A stretch of DNA of 26,677 bases. It comes from Coriobacteriia bacterium (GTDB lineage: Bacteria > Actinomycetota > Coriobacteriia > Anaerosomatales > JAUVQN01). Shown here in pieces: positions 25,830 through 26,677 of this stretch (position 1 is the stretch's first letter; each line of letters starts with the position of its first letter). Made by a program: the position numbers and the translations under genes. The notes beneath the pieces are model-generated. The model saw nothing but the letters and a program-made list of their open reading frames with translations. It was not told the origin of the DNA and did no database searches. The DNA is taken from the NCBI GenBank assembly GCA_030598125.1, contig JAUVQN010000001.1:1-26677 (forward strand). Direction: 5' to 3'.

Positions 25830-26677
25830 ATGACGCTGGTACCCATGGCGAAGATCGAGGTGATCGGTCCGAAGAACCGGTTCTTCGATGTCGTCAGCCT
25901 CCTGCACGAGCAGGGCAATCTCCACATAGAAGACCTCTCGAAGAAGATCCGCTCAGGTGAGCTGCCGCTCGAGCAGATGCAGGTCGTTCGCGGCCAGGAG
26001 GCGGAGCGAGAGCGAATGGAGGACCTGCTCATCCGGGTCCGCTCCATCACGAAGGCGCTCCATCTTCCGGGCACGACGGTCGACGAGGTGACACGTCAGA
26101 AGGAGTATCTCCGCCTGTGGCAGCTGGACTCCAAGGAGCTCGCGGGCGAGATCGCGTCGGTCGTGGACGAGGTCGAGGACAGGACCTCGGCGCTGGCCGC
26201 GTCGCAGGCGGATATCGAGAGCGAGCTGCAGCTGCTGGCCCGCTACGAACCTATCCTTCAGAAGATCCAGCCGCTCGCTCGCCAGATCGTGGCGACCGGC
26301 AACTTCGAGTCGGTCGCGTTGCTGATCGAGCGCCGCTACAAGGGTGCGCTCGAGCAGCTCAAGGATGAGCTGAGCAAGCTCACCAAGCGCCAGTGCGAGA
26401 TCGTCTCGACCGACGTCGATGAGGACACGACGGCCGCCATCGTGGTCTTCAACAAGGCGTACAGCGAGCCGGTGCACAAGTTCTTGGCGATGGAGAACGT
26501 GAACCAGATACGCCTGCCGAGCGACCTGGAGGACATGCCGTTCGATCAGGCGTACGACGAGATCAGGAAGCGCCGCCAGGAGCTGCCGAGCGATCTGGAC
26601 TCGGTCCGGACCGAGCTCGAGCTGATGTCGGTGAAGTGGTACCTGAAGCTCGCGACCGTCCGCGACGTCCTCACCGA
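25830..26677 (+). CDS. ntpI: A/V-type ATP synthase subunit I (a), 3'-truncated by the window edge
   Basis: The frame is open from ATG 25830 (SD GGAGGTGA) to the window end and is absent from the ORF track. It translates as MTLVPMAKIEVIGPKNRFFDVVSLLHEQGNLHIEDL...VVFNK...NVNQIRLP, matching the soluble N-terminal domain of subunit I. The membrane domain lies outside the window. Confidence 0.85.
   Translation, partial: MTLVPMAKIEVIGPKNRFFDVVSLLHEQGNLHIEDLSKKIRSGELPLEQMQVVRGQEAERERMEDLLIRVRSITKALHLPGTTVDEVTRQKEYLRLWQLDSKELAGEIASVVDEVEDRTSALAASQADIESELQLLARYEPILQKIQPLARQIVATGNFESVALLIERRYKGALEQLKDELSKLTKRQCEIVSTDVDEDTTAAIVVFNKAYSEPVHKFLAMENVNQIRLPSDLEDMPFDQAYDEIRKRRQELPSDLDSVRTELELMSVKWYLKLATVRDVLT

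Noticed and set aside
1-26677. Mobile elements, CRISPR arrays, tRNA/rRNA genes, frameshifted pseudogenes
   Set aside because: I saw no transposase or integrase ORF, regularly spaced direct repeats or tRNA cloverleaf. All genes from rplB to alr have intact reading frames of expected length.

Overview
A GC-rich, all-plus-strand housekeeping window. Protein features, gene order and actinobacterial-style promoters suggest a Coriobacteriia-like Actinomycetota genome, but this taxonomy is inferred and was not searched. The window holds the distal S10 cluster and the full spc and alpha clusters (partial rplB through rplQ, with secY, adk, map, infA and rpoA). These are followed by a translationally coupled ecfA1-ecfA2-ecfT-truA block, rplM-rpsI, glmM, glmS, acpS, nnr, a tandem-CBS protein, alr, and the first two genes of an A/V-type ATPase operon (subunit H/G and a partial subunit I). 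I see no mobile element, CRISPR array, tRNA or rRNA. The best signal outside the ORF track is a complete glmS ribozyme at 19140-19297, with all helices traceable by eye, upstream of a probable glmS-acpS-nnr-CBS-alr polycistron. Other candidates are a sigma54-like -24/-12 promoter with an upstream inverted repeat before the A/V-ATPase genes, a 24-bp perfect palindrome between ATPase subunits H and I, and a multi-branch leader before rplM. Also noted are structured spacers in the ribosomal clusters, an acidic C-terminal tail on AcpS, and odd substitutions in conserved motifs at the rplV/rpsC junction.
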